Assembly (NCBI GenBank): GCA_032718475.1
Contig: JAUCBJ010008532.1
Location: forward strand, 1-64,000
Length of the DNA: 64,000 nucleotides
Reading direction: 5' to 3'
Source of the DNA: Nemertoderma westbladi
Taxonomy: Eukaryota > Animalia > Xenacoelomorpha
Shown: positions 11,841 through 26,312 of the stretch, piece by piece
How positions within the stretch are numbered: position 1 is the stretch's first letter
How the letters are laid out: each line of letters opens with the position of its first letter
The notes under the pieces: generated by a model
Told to the model about the DNA's origin: nothing
Database searches by the model: none
What the model saw: the letters and a program-made list of their open reading frames with translations, nothing else
Made by a program: the position numbers and the translations under genes

Positions 11841-13262
11841 TGCAATCATATTGCACCCTTCACCCAGGAGTTATAGCCTTCCTCGTAAAGTGGCTCGCCC
11901 CAAAGAGAAAAGGACTCTTGCTAGCTTTAAAAAACTGCGTAAACGCCGTCCGCGCAAGAAAGACTAACTGTTTAGAGTATTTTTATATTTTAGAAACTGT
12001 GATTTTGTATATTTTATAGACTTAAATCCCATTTTCTGGGAGCGGTGTAAAAGCTTTTGTGGGATAACTGATACGTTTGCCTTTGCTGACCAGTTCCCCC
12101 CCAGTCGCTAGAATACTCTCAAAGGGATTTATAACTAAAATAGTGCAAGCTACCAGCTTACTGGCTGATGTGCTGTACGGAGATATCTGGGCTCAGTTTA
12201 ATCGGCCAACTAGCTTAGAGAGGTTGCCTTAGCCTTGCTGTTCGTGTCAGCCAATAGAATTTGCGTAGGCGTTGATTTCGACCTATCCCAGCGCTACTGA
12301 ACTGAATTTCCTATCTCACTGCTCATCCTCTGTGTTGAACGGGGCTTCGTGGAATAAGAGTTTTTGGTATACTCGTATAGTAGTAGTAGTCATATGATTT
12401 TATATGATTCTGTTGTTGTGTTCCCATTTTCGCCATAACATCGGCTTTTTGGGAAGAACTCTAGTAAAACTGCTTAAATTATCGAAAGTATAAACTGTTA
12501 CCGAATCGAATCTCATCAAATCTAACTATCGATCAATCTAATCAATCAACTTAACTATTGATCATATTGTTTGTACTGTTATTTACTGTCAGTTATTAAT
12601 TGTACCTATTTGTTGATGGAAATATTGCTCTTTGGATAATACGGATAAATCACCCAAATTCTCAATTTTCTTGATACACTACAGGTTAGAGAGACCGGCT
12701 ATACATAACAATTGCGATTTATATCAATGTGGTGTGTATTGAATCTAATGTTATTTAACAGACACTACATGAGTCAATTACTGCTCTCTTTATGTGTGAT
12801 CAAATATACTGACGGTCGGCAGAATAGTGTGTATGATTGTGATTGGTAACAAAGTATTTCCTAAAGAATACGCTTTATACTTCAATCATAAGCAGTATCG
12901 TTGCGTTTTAGTATAAGTCTTAGTTCTGTTTAAATAGATAAAGCGCCACGTCCTAAAGGAACTGTTAATATTTCCCGAAAGCCAATAATATCTGTCAGAG
13001 ATTAATTATTAACGATCTATCGAATAATACAGTAGGTATACACTGCAACCTTACACTGCAATAATAAAATTTAAGCATCCGAATTCAGTCTCCCGGGTGT
13101 AGATGTAGATCCATCGGGTGAATGATCGCGCATGGGCTGACTTCGGCTAGTGTTTTGCGTATTAGCATAAAATATTGTCGTATGCTAAAGTGGTTTTAAT
13201 TAACTAAAAGACATATAAATTTTGGCAGGTTAAACTGCTAAAGGTCTTCAAAAGCGCGAACA
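11841..13262 (+). mobile_element. 5'-truncated BEL/Pao copy: end of ORF2, PPT and complete 3' LTR (12046-13262)
   Basis: Matches ~33268-34667. GGGAGCGG followed by TGTAAAAG at 12046; ends GCGCGAACA. A short tandem CAATCATATTG lies at the left junction. Confidence 0.9.
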
Positions 13263-14149
13263 CCCCCTGTCTCACCTCCAGAGAAATAGAGGCCCAATTA
13301 GGAGTAAAGCAAACACCAGATCACGAATCACCAGACAATTCATTATACACCATAGGGCCTACACAAGTAACCAAATCACAGTAAAGCTGATAATTATCAG
13401 CTTTAGAAAGGATTGGAAAGGAAATTATACGTTAATTATAATTAACGTATAATTTCCTTTCCAATTCGTATTAAATCTGATAAAACCGTACATATCAAAC
13501 GAAAACCATGGCTTGAAAATCAGTTCATATAAACAATGGTCCAAGCCAAATATATGGGAAACTCAAAAGTACATTTAGAATAGAGATTGACTCGCGATTC
13601 AACCACCACCGGCTACCCGCATTGCACTAACGTTTAGGCCTATTAGTCAGACAAGCGAAGCAAACCAATCAATCTAAGAGGGCGGATTAACCACATCATT
13701 TGCTGATTGATTGAGGCATTGTGTCCCTTCCTGTGTATAGCTTAGAACGTCTCCTGTCCACACAAGAAAGCAATTCCGTCAGTCAAACTAACGTCCAGAA
13801 AGATTGACTTTCATTCATACAAATAACCTGCACCACGCCCAATAACATCTCGTCCTTGAAGGTCACTTGAACTATGAAGAATACAATAATATGCTGCTAA
13901 CAACATTCGCAAAGAAAATAATAAGCTTTAACTCTTCCTTCCCCGGTCCTATATTATCAATATTTCTGGCAAAGGCAGGAGAGCCAAGAGACCACAATTG
14001 CACTACATATCGTCACAGTGACGACAGGATGACAATAAAATCGAATTTTTACGACACAGATAAAAATAATCAACACGTAGGATCTTCAGTTATCTGCCTT
14101 ACCGCCTGCCTGAAGGCAATTCTTCCTCGCAACACGCCCTTAACGCTAT

Positions 14150-14800
14150 TTAGCAAACATCCGGGCCCTTCTTATCTCCTTACACAGTCTCGTTATGCTT
14201 CTATTTGAACTTCCAACGTTATATTAAATCGGAAACTAACTATATCCTGTTTGCATTAATGCGGCCAGCAGCGGTTGAAGGATTTATGTTGAGCAACCGT
14301 ACTGGTGGTAGCTTGGCACTAATATCCACGGCAACCACTCAGATACAGCACCAAACCCGACTGATAAAACAAGACAAACAATTCATTAACTACGGTTCTA
14401 AAAGATAAGACGACGTCCTCAATGCTGATGGGTTATTTGTCGCGATGTTAATTGAAAGGAATGCTTCTAATTCTACAGTCAATAATCTTAAAAGGCCGAT
14501 AAGAAACTTCTCAAATCGGAAAAGTAACTTTGAAATGGAAGTCGGATTAATGAACATATTTACTTAGTTTCGTCCTACTACAAAGCCCCTACCGCCTCAC
14601 AAACCTGAAAGCTGTCTTGGATATGATATTTTGCAAATTTTGTTTCTGACAATCCATAATTCCTCACAGGACAGGCGCACCTCCGCCTGGGCGGATCAAA
14701 ATTGTAAGGCAGTCCACGCCTGCGTTGAGATTTTCTCGATGAACTCCTTAAAGGTGTTTGTTCACTTTGCCAGAACTGGCTGATGATCATTGCCTAGTTT
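14150..14800 (+). pseudogene. Heavily decayed LINE-type APE endonuclease remnant (tentative)
   Basis: Motif-like pieces in the expected order across frameshifts: NRTGGSLALI, KAPT-RLTN..VLDMIF, DDHCLV (compare RxDR..GGGV, PTR...LDLIF, SDH). Confidence 0.35.
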
Positions 14801-16479
14801 CTCGATCTATCTGACTGGATTATCTAATAAAGCAGAATGTATTGCTCAGAACCGAAGCTCAAGACTGCTTTCACATTCACATTTGTTTGTGGTTCATGAG
14901 AACAATGGATAGGCCACTTGTCCTATCCACATCAAGGGATAGGCCATTTGTACTGGAATGAACTGAACGGAATCATATTCAACAGGATTACAGTGGTAGG
15001 CTGCATCTCAAACTGCGTAGGTCTGTTCTCCTCCCGGTACGTACCAAAAGGAATACCGTCATTGACCATTCGGGCTATACCGACCTATACCATTCATTTG
15101 GTAGGAATCTTCAATCATGATCATGAACATATCTACAATAAATATTGGCATCTCGCCGGAAGTATATGTTCGTACGGACAGACTAAAGACGATAAACATT
15201 TATTGACTTTAACCCCTAATCCAACGACTTGCCAAGTGTGGCATGCGTAATGCACGTGCATGGCTTTCAACAAAGATTCGGGAGATATGCAGTAGTTAGC
15301 AATATATTACGTTGCGTCTAGTTCCGGATACCAAAATAGATAACGCAATAATTTATGCGTCGTCCACGGATATATATATATGCGCGTGAGTTGACCCTTG
15401 CTTGGCGTGCTGATGGGATCAAAGAGTGGAGGTGATGATGACACCTTCGCAGATAAACTCTGTTGCATAAACTTAGGAATATATAATCACTGATTAAGTT
15501 TCTAAATTGATTTAAGGCTGTTTTGATAAAAGGGAATTAGGCAGCATCATTCCGTTTAATTTGAGATTTTGAATCATATTATTTGTAATTTCCAAATGCT
15601 TGATTCAGTGCTTACACGCTAATACATTCTACTGAGACCAGACTACTACTATATTGCTGACAGTTAAAGCCACAGCAAAATTTTTGTTTATAAATAAATA
15701 GCCCCCAGAAATTTTGGCATCTTTGACATCTCAAAGAAATTCAGACGTTGTTACAACCTTGCAATGCATGGCTTCCTAATGAAATATAAAAATTATAGCG
15801 GCTAATGTGTGAGGTACAAAAATACACACTTTAAAACGTTTATAAAAAATTTAAAGGTAAAATCAAAAGTCGAGACAGGGGGGGGGGGGGGAAGCTCGAC
15901 GCAAAACCCGCCTTGGCGAATTAATATCCCACCTCAATGTTAAATTCTCAATTTAGGGAAAGGAGCAGGTTACAGTGGCACGTTATTTTAACCAAAACAA
16001 TAAACTAAACACAATAGAACAGGTTATAGTTATTTACAGTTATATCTTTGAGAGTAATCAACTGTTAGTTGCGTCCAATTTCCCATGTCGAGGGTTGAAT
16101 TTTTATTGCGTCCAGTTTCCCCCCATATCTGCTACAGTCAGTTGAATTAATTTTCCTTAAAATTTCAAACGATACTATTGTGTAATTAATGGTTTACCGG
16201 TACCAAATTTGATGAGTGAGGAATAGTCTATAGGTAGTTGACGAAAATGCAAGATGGACAACAAGCCACTAGGCAGCATCGCGGGGCAAAACTTTAGAGT
16301 TTCACTGCTATTAAACTATACCATATTGTCAGGCTTACAGTTACACCTAATATATATAATAACATTAACTATTATTATAATTTTGGAACTGCTTGCACGA
16401 CTATTGTGTATTGTCTTAAACAGGCGTTTGGCGTTCCGTACATTATTAAACACTAACCAGTAGTTAGTAAGAAATTTGA

Positions 16480-18536
16480 ATGGCATTTTCGTATAGATTT
16501 CTGATAATCGTTCTGCTATATGTAGCGGAGATTGAGCAGTCTGTTGGATTCCCTCCAGAAGGGCCCCCACAACTTCCTCTACCTCCTCACTGGCACAATG
16601 CTCCTTCTTCTTTGAATGACTACCCAGTAGTTAATGACAGCTATGTGGTTGACCCATGGAATTACCAACAACGACTTGGGTTGTACAAAATACTTCTAGA
16701 AGTAACTAAACCGCTTCTCAAAGAATTTGGTTATAACAACACAGGAAACATTCTATGGGGCTTACCTTTACAGTTTGGCTGGCAGTATCGCACAGGTAGA
16801 TTGGAAGAACCTTCTAGAATACGATTTGATGATGGACAGAGAGATATTAGTAGTAACAGTTGGTGGGGTTGTATGAATTACTACTTGTCTGTCATTCCGT
16901 TCTTTGGGGCGGTGAGAGCTAACTATTTCGGGAACGTAACGGTAGTCATGGAACCACCAACCCTTCACAGTGCCTTGTTTTGTATGACGGTTGAAAGCTG
17001 CAGTAACCAGAGAACTTGGGCTGCCTTATCTAGATGGACGGATTTCTTTCTCAAGATTCGAAGCAATCCTCTAACTAATAAAGGTTAACGTAATTTATAC
17101 ATAACTTAATTTATATTATAACTACTGTATAATAATATAATAATTTCAATTACCACTAACTACGGAACTGCAATATTTAATGATAATATCAAAACTTAAA
17201 GATTGCAGCAGAGGTTGATTAATCTGTCTTCTAAGCGTATCCAATCTTAATTTTGTTTTCTTCAAGTTTCCATGGACATGGAGAAGTTGGACACTTATTT
17301 GGGTTACATGTGGGCTGGACATGTGGCTTCCAGCCGAGCGGCCGAGCCGTTGTTTCCCAAACTTCTCAAACTAATTCCGGAACAGGAAGCCAACTTTGGC
17401 GTTGGTTGGGATAACATAGTTTACTTTATCGCGGCGGCGCGAATTTGGACCTCAGAAAATGTAACTAATAATGCGCAGGTAATTCTCAATAGATACACCC
17501 GACTATGACTATCCTGGGCAAGCATATGGGAGGGGGGGGGGGGGGGGGGGGCATGAAATTGAAAAAAATGGTGACACAAAACAAGAACCGCGACCTATTA
17601 TTATTTCAATTCAGTAATTGCGTTTTACGAAATTACCTTTATATCAATAATTAATATGGAGATTTTCATATTTTAGGAACTTTATTTACCCCCGCGAATG
17701 CTGCGAAATGGAGATAAACTACCGAACATCCCAGATTTTACGAAAACAGAAAACATAGCCACAGCTGCGATAGAACTTGTTGATAAAATGAATAAGTTTT
17801 CAGGTAATACTCTATTTGTATCAAAATTATAAAACAAAATATTAGAAATTACAAATGTCATATTTAAATAATATTGGTAATATCGTCCAATTTTCATTTC
17901 CAAGACAACTAGAACCTTAATGAATATGTTTATCAAGTATTCGTAAACTGATTCATACTGCTTCCTTAGTCGAGGACGGCGACAGTTCCAGAATTTCGTT
18001 TTATATTCGTTTGTTTTCAATTATTACTAATTAACTTACAGGGTATTTATGATTATTATTATTTTTGGAGGTCGCCAGAGAAACACGGTAGGATCGAACT
18101 GCCGACCTCCACTTTGCATGTCTGACGCTCTGCCTATGTGGCCCTGGAATTACTGTACAACCGGATATGTTCAATGTCAGCTACTGTATTTACGTTCTTA
18201 TCTCATTCCAACAGTATAATTATTAATCACATGCCGCCACTTTTCTTAACTTTAGCTATATCTGTACTGTCAATCATAGTATGATTGATACATCGCCCAA
18301 GTTCTTTAAGAGTCCTGGCGGTAACAGTAACGTACTGTAGTTTAAATTGTATTAATAGATTCTATTTTGCACCGGTAGATGGCGGTTTACTTTCGATTTG
18401 GAAAGATTTGATGTGCTCATGGCAGAGCAGAGAGGTTGGATTCAAATTGATGAATGATCTCTTTGGGAACAACAAAGAAGTTCTAAAGGATCTCGTATTG
18501 TTGGCTGGAACAATAATCAAAACATGTCTCATATGA
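16480..18536 (+). CDS. leg1: LEG1-family protein, copy B; exons 16480-17083, 17267-17478, 17677-17803, 18379-18536; 366 aa
   Basis: Same exon structure and intact frame as copy A. Substitutions V34L, D46N, M56V and P120Q relative to A. Confidence 0.92.
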
Positions 18537-21500
18537 TCTGAAGATATTAGTGAAATGGCGGTGGGTGTGGGGATGGGATTATATATCTCGATCAGCCAAA
18601 GTATTATCGAACGGGTTAATAATAATAATAATATTTATTTATAACGCGCAACACAACAGATCCAAATTGACATTGGCTTTAAAATTGTATAAGTCGCATC
18701 ACAAATAAAGATTCACCGATAAAAAATAATGAAGGTCTTGAGGATTAAACGAGTTTTGTTTGTATTCAGTATATTATACTGTACATTTAAAATGTACATA
18801 CAGTAATTAGACAGTATTATGATGATTTTCAATTAAAAAATTGGAAGAATGTCAAGACCATTGAGTAAAATTTCAAACAATTTGGTTAAAAAATGACGGA
18901 AACGTCGTGGTCAAAAACGAGAAATAAAAATTCCAAGTAGGCCTATAATGCATTTAAATTCCAATCTTCCCGCGCTAAATTTTCGGTCTCTATACTATAC
19001 ATGTATGTCTTTTAATATGTAATAATTATTAATAGTAATTTTGTATGTTAATAAGGATGCACATTCTGTAGCTGATCTAGATTTTCGTGGTCGGTGATTT
19101 CATGCTTGGCAAACACTAGTCTATCTTTCTGCTGTCTGTCGGTCGGTCTGATGTCTCTGCCTGTTGGTATGCCTGTCAACATGGTACTGCACTGTACTGT
19201 ATAATACGAGGTCGCTGATTTAATTTCCGATGTCAATTTTGATATTTGACAAATTCTAGTCTCTCTATCTTTCATGAAACACATTTTTTCGGAAACATAA
19301 TGTTAATTTGATTGAAATGAAAACATGCCATAGTTAAATCTTAAATCGCGATCCAAAACGAAACATGATGAAACGTAATAACGTAATAACTTCATATTCG
19401 GATTTGAATTCTGCATTACAATCAAACAAAAAGTTTCTTGCTGTTTTTGGCCTAAAAATGTGAACGACCTCATCCCTTACTCTTAATTATTTTTAATGGC
19501 AACCCCCGGTGACGCGCTTTCTCATTTTTTCCATCACGGGTTAACATGATTTAAAAGTTGTCTTCCAAACCAGCTGTAGGCTATCCTCCCTTTTCCCGTA
19601 TACAAGGATCAGATTCCTGAACACATACGGTCGGGTGTTGTGTACCATTATAATTATGGAAGCTGCGATGCTTCTTACGTTGGACGCACTGTACGCCACC
19701 TGGCTAAACGTGTTGAGGAACACACTGGCTTTCTGTACAACTCCGGAAAATTCTCCCGCCGAAAAAATTCTTCTATCTTTGAACACTCCTCCACCGCCGA
19801 TCATCCCACGTTAAAAGAAAATTTCAGCATCTTATCAACATCCCGTAACCTGCGCGAACTTCTCATTAAAGATACTTTGTTCATTAGGAAACTTCGCCCC
19901 ACTTTAAATGACCAAACCACTTCAACTTTCCTTTCCCTACTGTACTTCCCTGATACTGTATATCCCCCCCCCCCCCGCCCCTACCCCACGTACTGCCTTA
20001 TTCGTGTACCGGTAGGTCCTGACCTTCTTACTGGACTGTCTTATACTATCCGCTCTGTTGTTCATGTGGTACTGTACACGCCTTCCATATTCAAGATTCC
20101 CCGTACTTACAGTAGTTGCAATTTAAGCCTCATGCGAATTTAGTTCCAATGGAAACGAATTTAGTTCCAATTTTGGCGAATTTAGTTCCAATTTAGGCGA
20201 ACTTAGTTCCAATAACTGGAGAAAAACAAAAACGAATTTAGTTCCAATTGATGCGAATTTAGTTCCAATGGATGCGAACTTAGTTCCAATGGATGCGAAT
20301 TTAGTTCCAATGGATGCGAACTTAGTTCCAATGGAAACGAATTTAGTTCCAAAGGGGCGAGCCACGTAGTTGGCGAATAATCTGTTTAATGACACTATTA
20401 AGAGGTTGGTTAAACAATAATTGTAAATAACTAACCCAAAACGGCCAACCTCCTAACGAAAACAATTTTATCCCAAACAACGCCCAAGCTCATAACCCAA
20501 ACTACGCCCAACCTCCTAACCCAAACAACGCCCATCCACCTAAACCGAAACAACTAGTAAATATTGTATTTGGTGTGGTAAATGGCACAATGTGCATGAC
20601 TTGAGTATATAATACTACAGACTCAGTCAGTCAGTCTCAGTACACTCGTGATTAATATATAATTCAAAATGTGTAATTATACATTTAATAATAATTCGTT
20701 TTTTATAAATGACGGAATGGTTTTACAATTATTTACAATTATTATTGAGCCTGACCCACCCCAAATACTGGCAATACGCAATAGGCTTCGCCTACTACGT
20801 GGCTATCCCCACGATTGAAACTTTGAAACTAAGTTCGTACCCATTGGAACTAAATTCGCTTCCATTGGAACTAAATTCGCACCCATTGGAAATAAATTCG
20901 CTTCCATTGGAACTAAATTCGCTTCCATTGGAACTAAATTCGCTTCCATTGGAACTAAATTCGCTTCCATTGGAACTAAATTCGCTTCCATTGGAACTAA
21001 ATTCGCTTCCATTGGAACTAAATTCGCTTCCATTGGAACTAAATTCGCTTCCATTGGTTCGTTTTGATATTCTGGGATTGGAACTAAGTTCGCCTCGATT
21101 GGAACTAAGTTCGCTTTGTAAAATTTATTTTGGAACTAAATTCGTTTCAATTGGAACTAAGTTCGCCTTTGAAAATGTGCGATTGGAACTAAGTTCGTGC
21201 TACCATAGGGCCTATTAAATTACTGTACAACCTTTTTTGCACACTAGCAACACCCGTTATTTGGTAAATTGTTTTTTTGTATTGTTATTGCAATCTTCAC
21301 CAGCCTTATTATTCTATTTTGTATTTAGTGCCGGTACTGTCTTTCACTAATTTTCAGGTATTTGTTTTTGCTTTTACAATGATTATTGTTAAATAAACCG
21401 AAACGTCAGCTGTTTTTTATAATCTTGATTTCTCAAATCATGAGGTTTAAGTTATTTGCGATTTTTATTGTTTCCTTTTATATAGTATGTTGTCTCATCC

Positions 21501-23451
21501 CAATAAACATCACATTATTTACCGTATATTATGAAGAAAAGAGTGCGATAAAAAGAATCTTAGTAAATACAGTAGGCCTACTACTGTATGTGTTTATAGA
21601 AAGAAACAGAAATGAGACTGAAAAACTACACATTTATATTTCATTACATATTCAATTTACCCAATACCCAAGCCAATTAAAATAATATTATAATTATATT
21701 AATTTTCATTTCGAATTTTATTATAAGATAATTTGTAACTTATTTATTTAAATGAGAAAGTTTAGCGGCGCGAAAATTATAAAAATAAATAATTATAATA
21801 GGAGTTTAATGTACAATGAACTGTACGCACATATATTATTATTCTAAAACTTTATATCATAAAGTCTTACACTGCTTGACAATCTAAAAACAAGGGCAAC
21901 TACTAATACTGTTAAAATATTATAATAAAATTTACGTATAATATCTTTATTAACGTACTTCATGGCGTAGGCCTACTACACAGTAGTTAAATTAAATGCA
22001 AAAGATTTCAGTTTGATTTGATTTTAATTGCCAAAGGTGGTCGGGGGGGGGGGGGGGGGGGGTAGTGTCACAGGGCGTCAAATCGAATTTTGGTTTATGT
22101 TGAGTAGCAACATCACAGTCTGTAATACAGCAATACAGCGCGGTGGTCACTGAATTAACATCATCACTAATCGAAACGAAAGGGGAAAGTATTTTTATAT
22201 GTTAAAAGATGAATACCTGATCGGCCTACTGACTTGATACCGGTACTACCGGTACAGGTATACAACTTTGGTGATGATCCTAAACTGTCTGACCTGAATG
22301 TAGTGCGAGTGCAAGATACAGTTTGTGCGAGTAGTGCCTGGAAAGCACCAATATCGAGACGTTTGGGAAATTCCTCAAACAGAAATGTTTTATGGTAAAT
22401 GTTTATTTTCGGAAAACGTCAGATCCGAAGTCAGGGAGTAGCAGTTTGTGAGGAAGGAAGCATAATGAAACTGTTTTGAGTTTATGTTAATGTACCGGTA
22501 GATCAGTAGGCTACTTTAGCATTCATTTAAAGTAGTAAAAGTAAGTAGTGATCAGAATATTTTATTGAAATGTAACTCTACCAGCCTACACAGATACCGT
22601 AATGAGTGACTACTGTATGAGCAGGAGCTGCCTACTGGAGATGAAAATGTTTCAAGGTTAGTTTTTCAAGAGTTATTTTTGTTTTAATAATTCGTACTAT
22701 ACTGTCGAGACAGGGGAGAAACTGGTTTAAATTATCAATTTAGAAAAAGGAGCAGGTTACTGTGGTTATTCTAACCAAAACAATAAACGAAACTCAATAT
22801 AAGAGGTTACAATTTTATACTGTATTTGGGAGTAATCAGCTGTTATTTGCGTCGATTTTCCCCTGGAAAGAGATTAATTTTTATTGCTGCGAAAGTCCGC
22901 CCTTATCTGACTTTGTCACAGTAAACCACTAAAGAAAGGTCAAAAAAGATATTGTTGCTACTGTAATCTTATTGCTATATTTAGTAAATTGTAAATAAAT
23001 ATTACACTATTGTACAAATAGTTATTATAGAATTACAGTACATAGATAAGATGACGATTCTGCATAAAGGCTGAGAGTCAATAGTTATACTGGAAGATGC
23101 AAACAACAACAAAATATTAATAAATCAGTCAATGTCAGTAAGTTCGTATGAAAGAAAGGCATCAACTCTCTCCATTATAATAAATTATAAAAAGGTTAAT
23201 TTCTAGTTTAAACAATGACAATGTTTGCAAAATAAACGTCGTAAAAAACAACCCGATATAACAATACAGTATACTGTATATCGCGTCCCAAAGTGGCGAG
23301 CTTAAATAGCCGCGAATATAGCTAAACCTCGGAAAAACAGTGCGAACTTTATTGCCACTGGAGCACACCGGGTAAAATATAAAAGATATTTTCGTATTTA
23401 CATTAAGTTTCGCCCAAATTCTATCGGCGTAATCGAATCAATAGAGTCCCG

Positions 23452-24302
23452 TTATATACATTTGTGTTCTTTCTGCGTCCGCGTGCAGGTCTGACATTCA
23501 ACCTCGCAACACCACTTGAAAACGCATTTGCACCGTTCTTGTACTGTGACTGTGTGTTCTGTATGGCCCCTACCGCAGCACAAATGATCGCAGGCGTCAT
23601 TCTGTGAAACTGCAGTTCCTGTGCCGTTGCAAGTTCTTCCAACAGTTCCCAGGTAAGTTTTCTATAGTGATAAAATAAAGTTAGGAGCGTGTAGTTAGGA
23701 ATAATAATAATAATTTTTTGCATAAATAATAGTCCTAGAAGTTGATTCTGAAAAACAATTGTTCTGTAAAAAAAAACTTTCCTTTCTTAAAAAAACTTTT
23801 CTGTATCATTTTTACAAATTTTTTGGTAAACTTTAATACACCTAAAAAGTAAAAAAAGTGTCCCAATTCAAAAAGTAAAAGACGAATGAAGCAAGAAACA
23901 GATGACATTACCTCACGATCTATCTGTCTGTAGGCAGTTACCGGTACTGCAAAAGCCATATGGTCTGGCTTAATGGGTACCTGGGCTTCTGGTAGTGAAG
24001 TAAAATGGAGGATTAGATCGTGATGAGTGTGCCAACGATTCGAGTAAGACTGCTCCAAGCAAGCTAGGTAAAGCCATCAATTGTTTTCATACGAATAAAT
24101 TTTATTTAATGTTAAATATTTTGGTTAAAATTACCTTTTTGTCACGATCGCAGAAATCGGAACTGCTATCGAAGTAAACGAGTCCTTGTCTGGAGGGAGG
24201 TGAATCGAAGTTGCTAATCGGCTGTAGTTGGACGTGCCGAGGACGAAGGGTACCGGTAGACGCAGCTGTGTTACCCATTCTCACATGGGAAGCTGACTGG
24301 AA
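23452..24302 (-). pseudogene. wnt: Truncated Wnt duplicate: last two exons only (24302-24135, 23661-23452)
   Basis: No differences from the copy A exons noticed. The upstream intron is cut at 24335 by the BEL LTR, so the CKCHG exon is absent. Confidence 0.9.
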
Positions 24303-26312
24303 CTGCAAGTAGAAAATCAAAATTACAAAATCAAATGTTGTTGTGTTCCCATTTTCGCCATAACACCGGCTTTTTGGGAAGAACTCTAGTAAAACTGCTT
24401 AAATTATCGAAAGTATAAACTGTTACCTCACTCATCAAATCTAACTATCGATCAATCTAATCAATCAACTTAACTATTAATCATATTGTTTGTACTGTTA
24501 TTTACTGTCAGTTATTAATTGTACCTATTTGTTGATGGAAATATTGCTCTTTGGATAATACGGATAAATCACCCAAATTTCCCAATTTTCTTGATACACT
24601 ACAGGTTAGAGAGACCGGCTATACATAACAATTGCGATTTATATTAATGTGGTGTGTATTGAATCCAATGTTATTTAGCAGACCCTACGTGAGTCAATTG
24701 CTGCTCTCTTTATGTGTGATCAAATATACTGACGGTCGGCAGAATAGTGTGTATGATTGTGATTGGTAACAAAGTATTTCCTAAAGAATACGCTTTATAC
24801 TTTAATCATAAGCAGTATCGTTGCGTTTTAGTATAAGTCTTAGTTCTGTTTAAATAGATAAAGCGCCACGTCCTAAAGGAACTGTTAATATTTCCCGAAA
24901 GCCAATAATATCTGTCAGAAATTAATTATTAACGATCTATCGAATAATACAGTAAGTTTACACTGCAACCTTACACTGCAATAATACAATTTAAGCATCC
25001 GAATTCAGTCTCCCGGGTGTAGATCCATCAGGTGAATGATCGCGCATGGGCAGACTTCGGCTAGTGTTTTGCGTATTAGCATAAAATATTGTCGTATGCT
25101 AAAGTGGTTTTAATTAACTAAAAGACATATAAATTTTGGCAGGTTAAACTGCTAAAGGTCTTCAAAAGCGCGAACAGTAACAGTTTATAATCTTATTGCA
25201 GTAGGCAATAAGGTTGCAAAATACCGTAGTGACTGGTAAAACTGAACCGGTGCTTCTGTAGGTCAGTAGGCCTAACTGTCATCACCGGTACTGGTACTGC
25301 TGTACAAGTACATTTAGTATTATTCGATTTTGATTATTGTATACCGGTAGGCTGTTTAAGAGATTAGGGACTGTACGTACACCCCTTGTTTCTTTTGGAG
25401 CTTACTTATTTCTGTCGGTTTTATTTCCTAGTAAGTTAATATTGAGCTGAAGACGTGTAAGTCTGCTCAGATTGTTCAAATAATTGTAGGCTGAACTGCT
25501 GTCTGACTGTGTTGAGTTTGGAGAGATTACGGCGTGTGTAGAGTTTGTCTGATAAAGTGCCGTTAGTAAGTTGGGGCAGCCATATGCGGTAAGGTCAATC
25601 CCCTCTTAAAGAATAAGTCGTACTACCGTGTTAGAACGCATACTAACTAACAGTTTCAGAGTCTGCATATACTGTAGTTTATTTAGGCTTGATCGTAGTC
25701 TGCCAGTGTTTTAGCCTGTGTTTGTTTGTGTAGTCTGTTCAGATACCGTAATAGTTATTACTCAGATATTTTGTAGGCTAGATTGTTGTCTAGCTATTTT
25801 TAGGTCTGAAGGGATTGCTGCGTGTGTAGAGTTGGTCTGATAAAGTGCCGTTAGTAAGTTGGGGCAGCCATAAGCTAACCCTAAAATATTCAGAAATTCA
25901 ATTATTCTAAAAATAATTGATAATTGACATACCGGTATTTACCATAGGCTTATTATATTTATTTCTATAAATTTGAGCTGAAATCATACCGGTACTCTGT
26001 AATTAATTCTAGTAATAATTATACTTATATATACTATAAGTGTCAGCTGTATACCGGTATTCACGATAGGCCTATTATATATTTATATATATTTGTGCTA
26101 AATTTATATACCGGTACTCTGTGACAAATCTAGTCTGTAATCATACTTATATATATATTATAAGCATACCGGTATTCTAATATATTATATATATATCACG
26201 CTACACTGAGCAGCAGTATCGGCAATTAATTATTAGGCTAACGGTGATACTGAATTACTAGACTTACTTTGACTGTATTTGTAGCCGTAGGCATTCAACT
26301 GTGTAAACAAAC

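Larger units (their letters stand above)
15321..24339 (+). repeat. Segmental duplication, copy B
   Basis: Near-identical to 877-9845. Ends where the BEL LTR starts, sharing TGTT. Confidence 0.97.
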
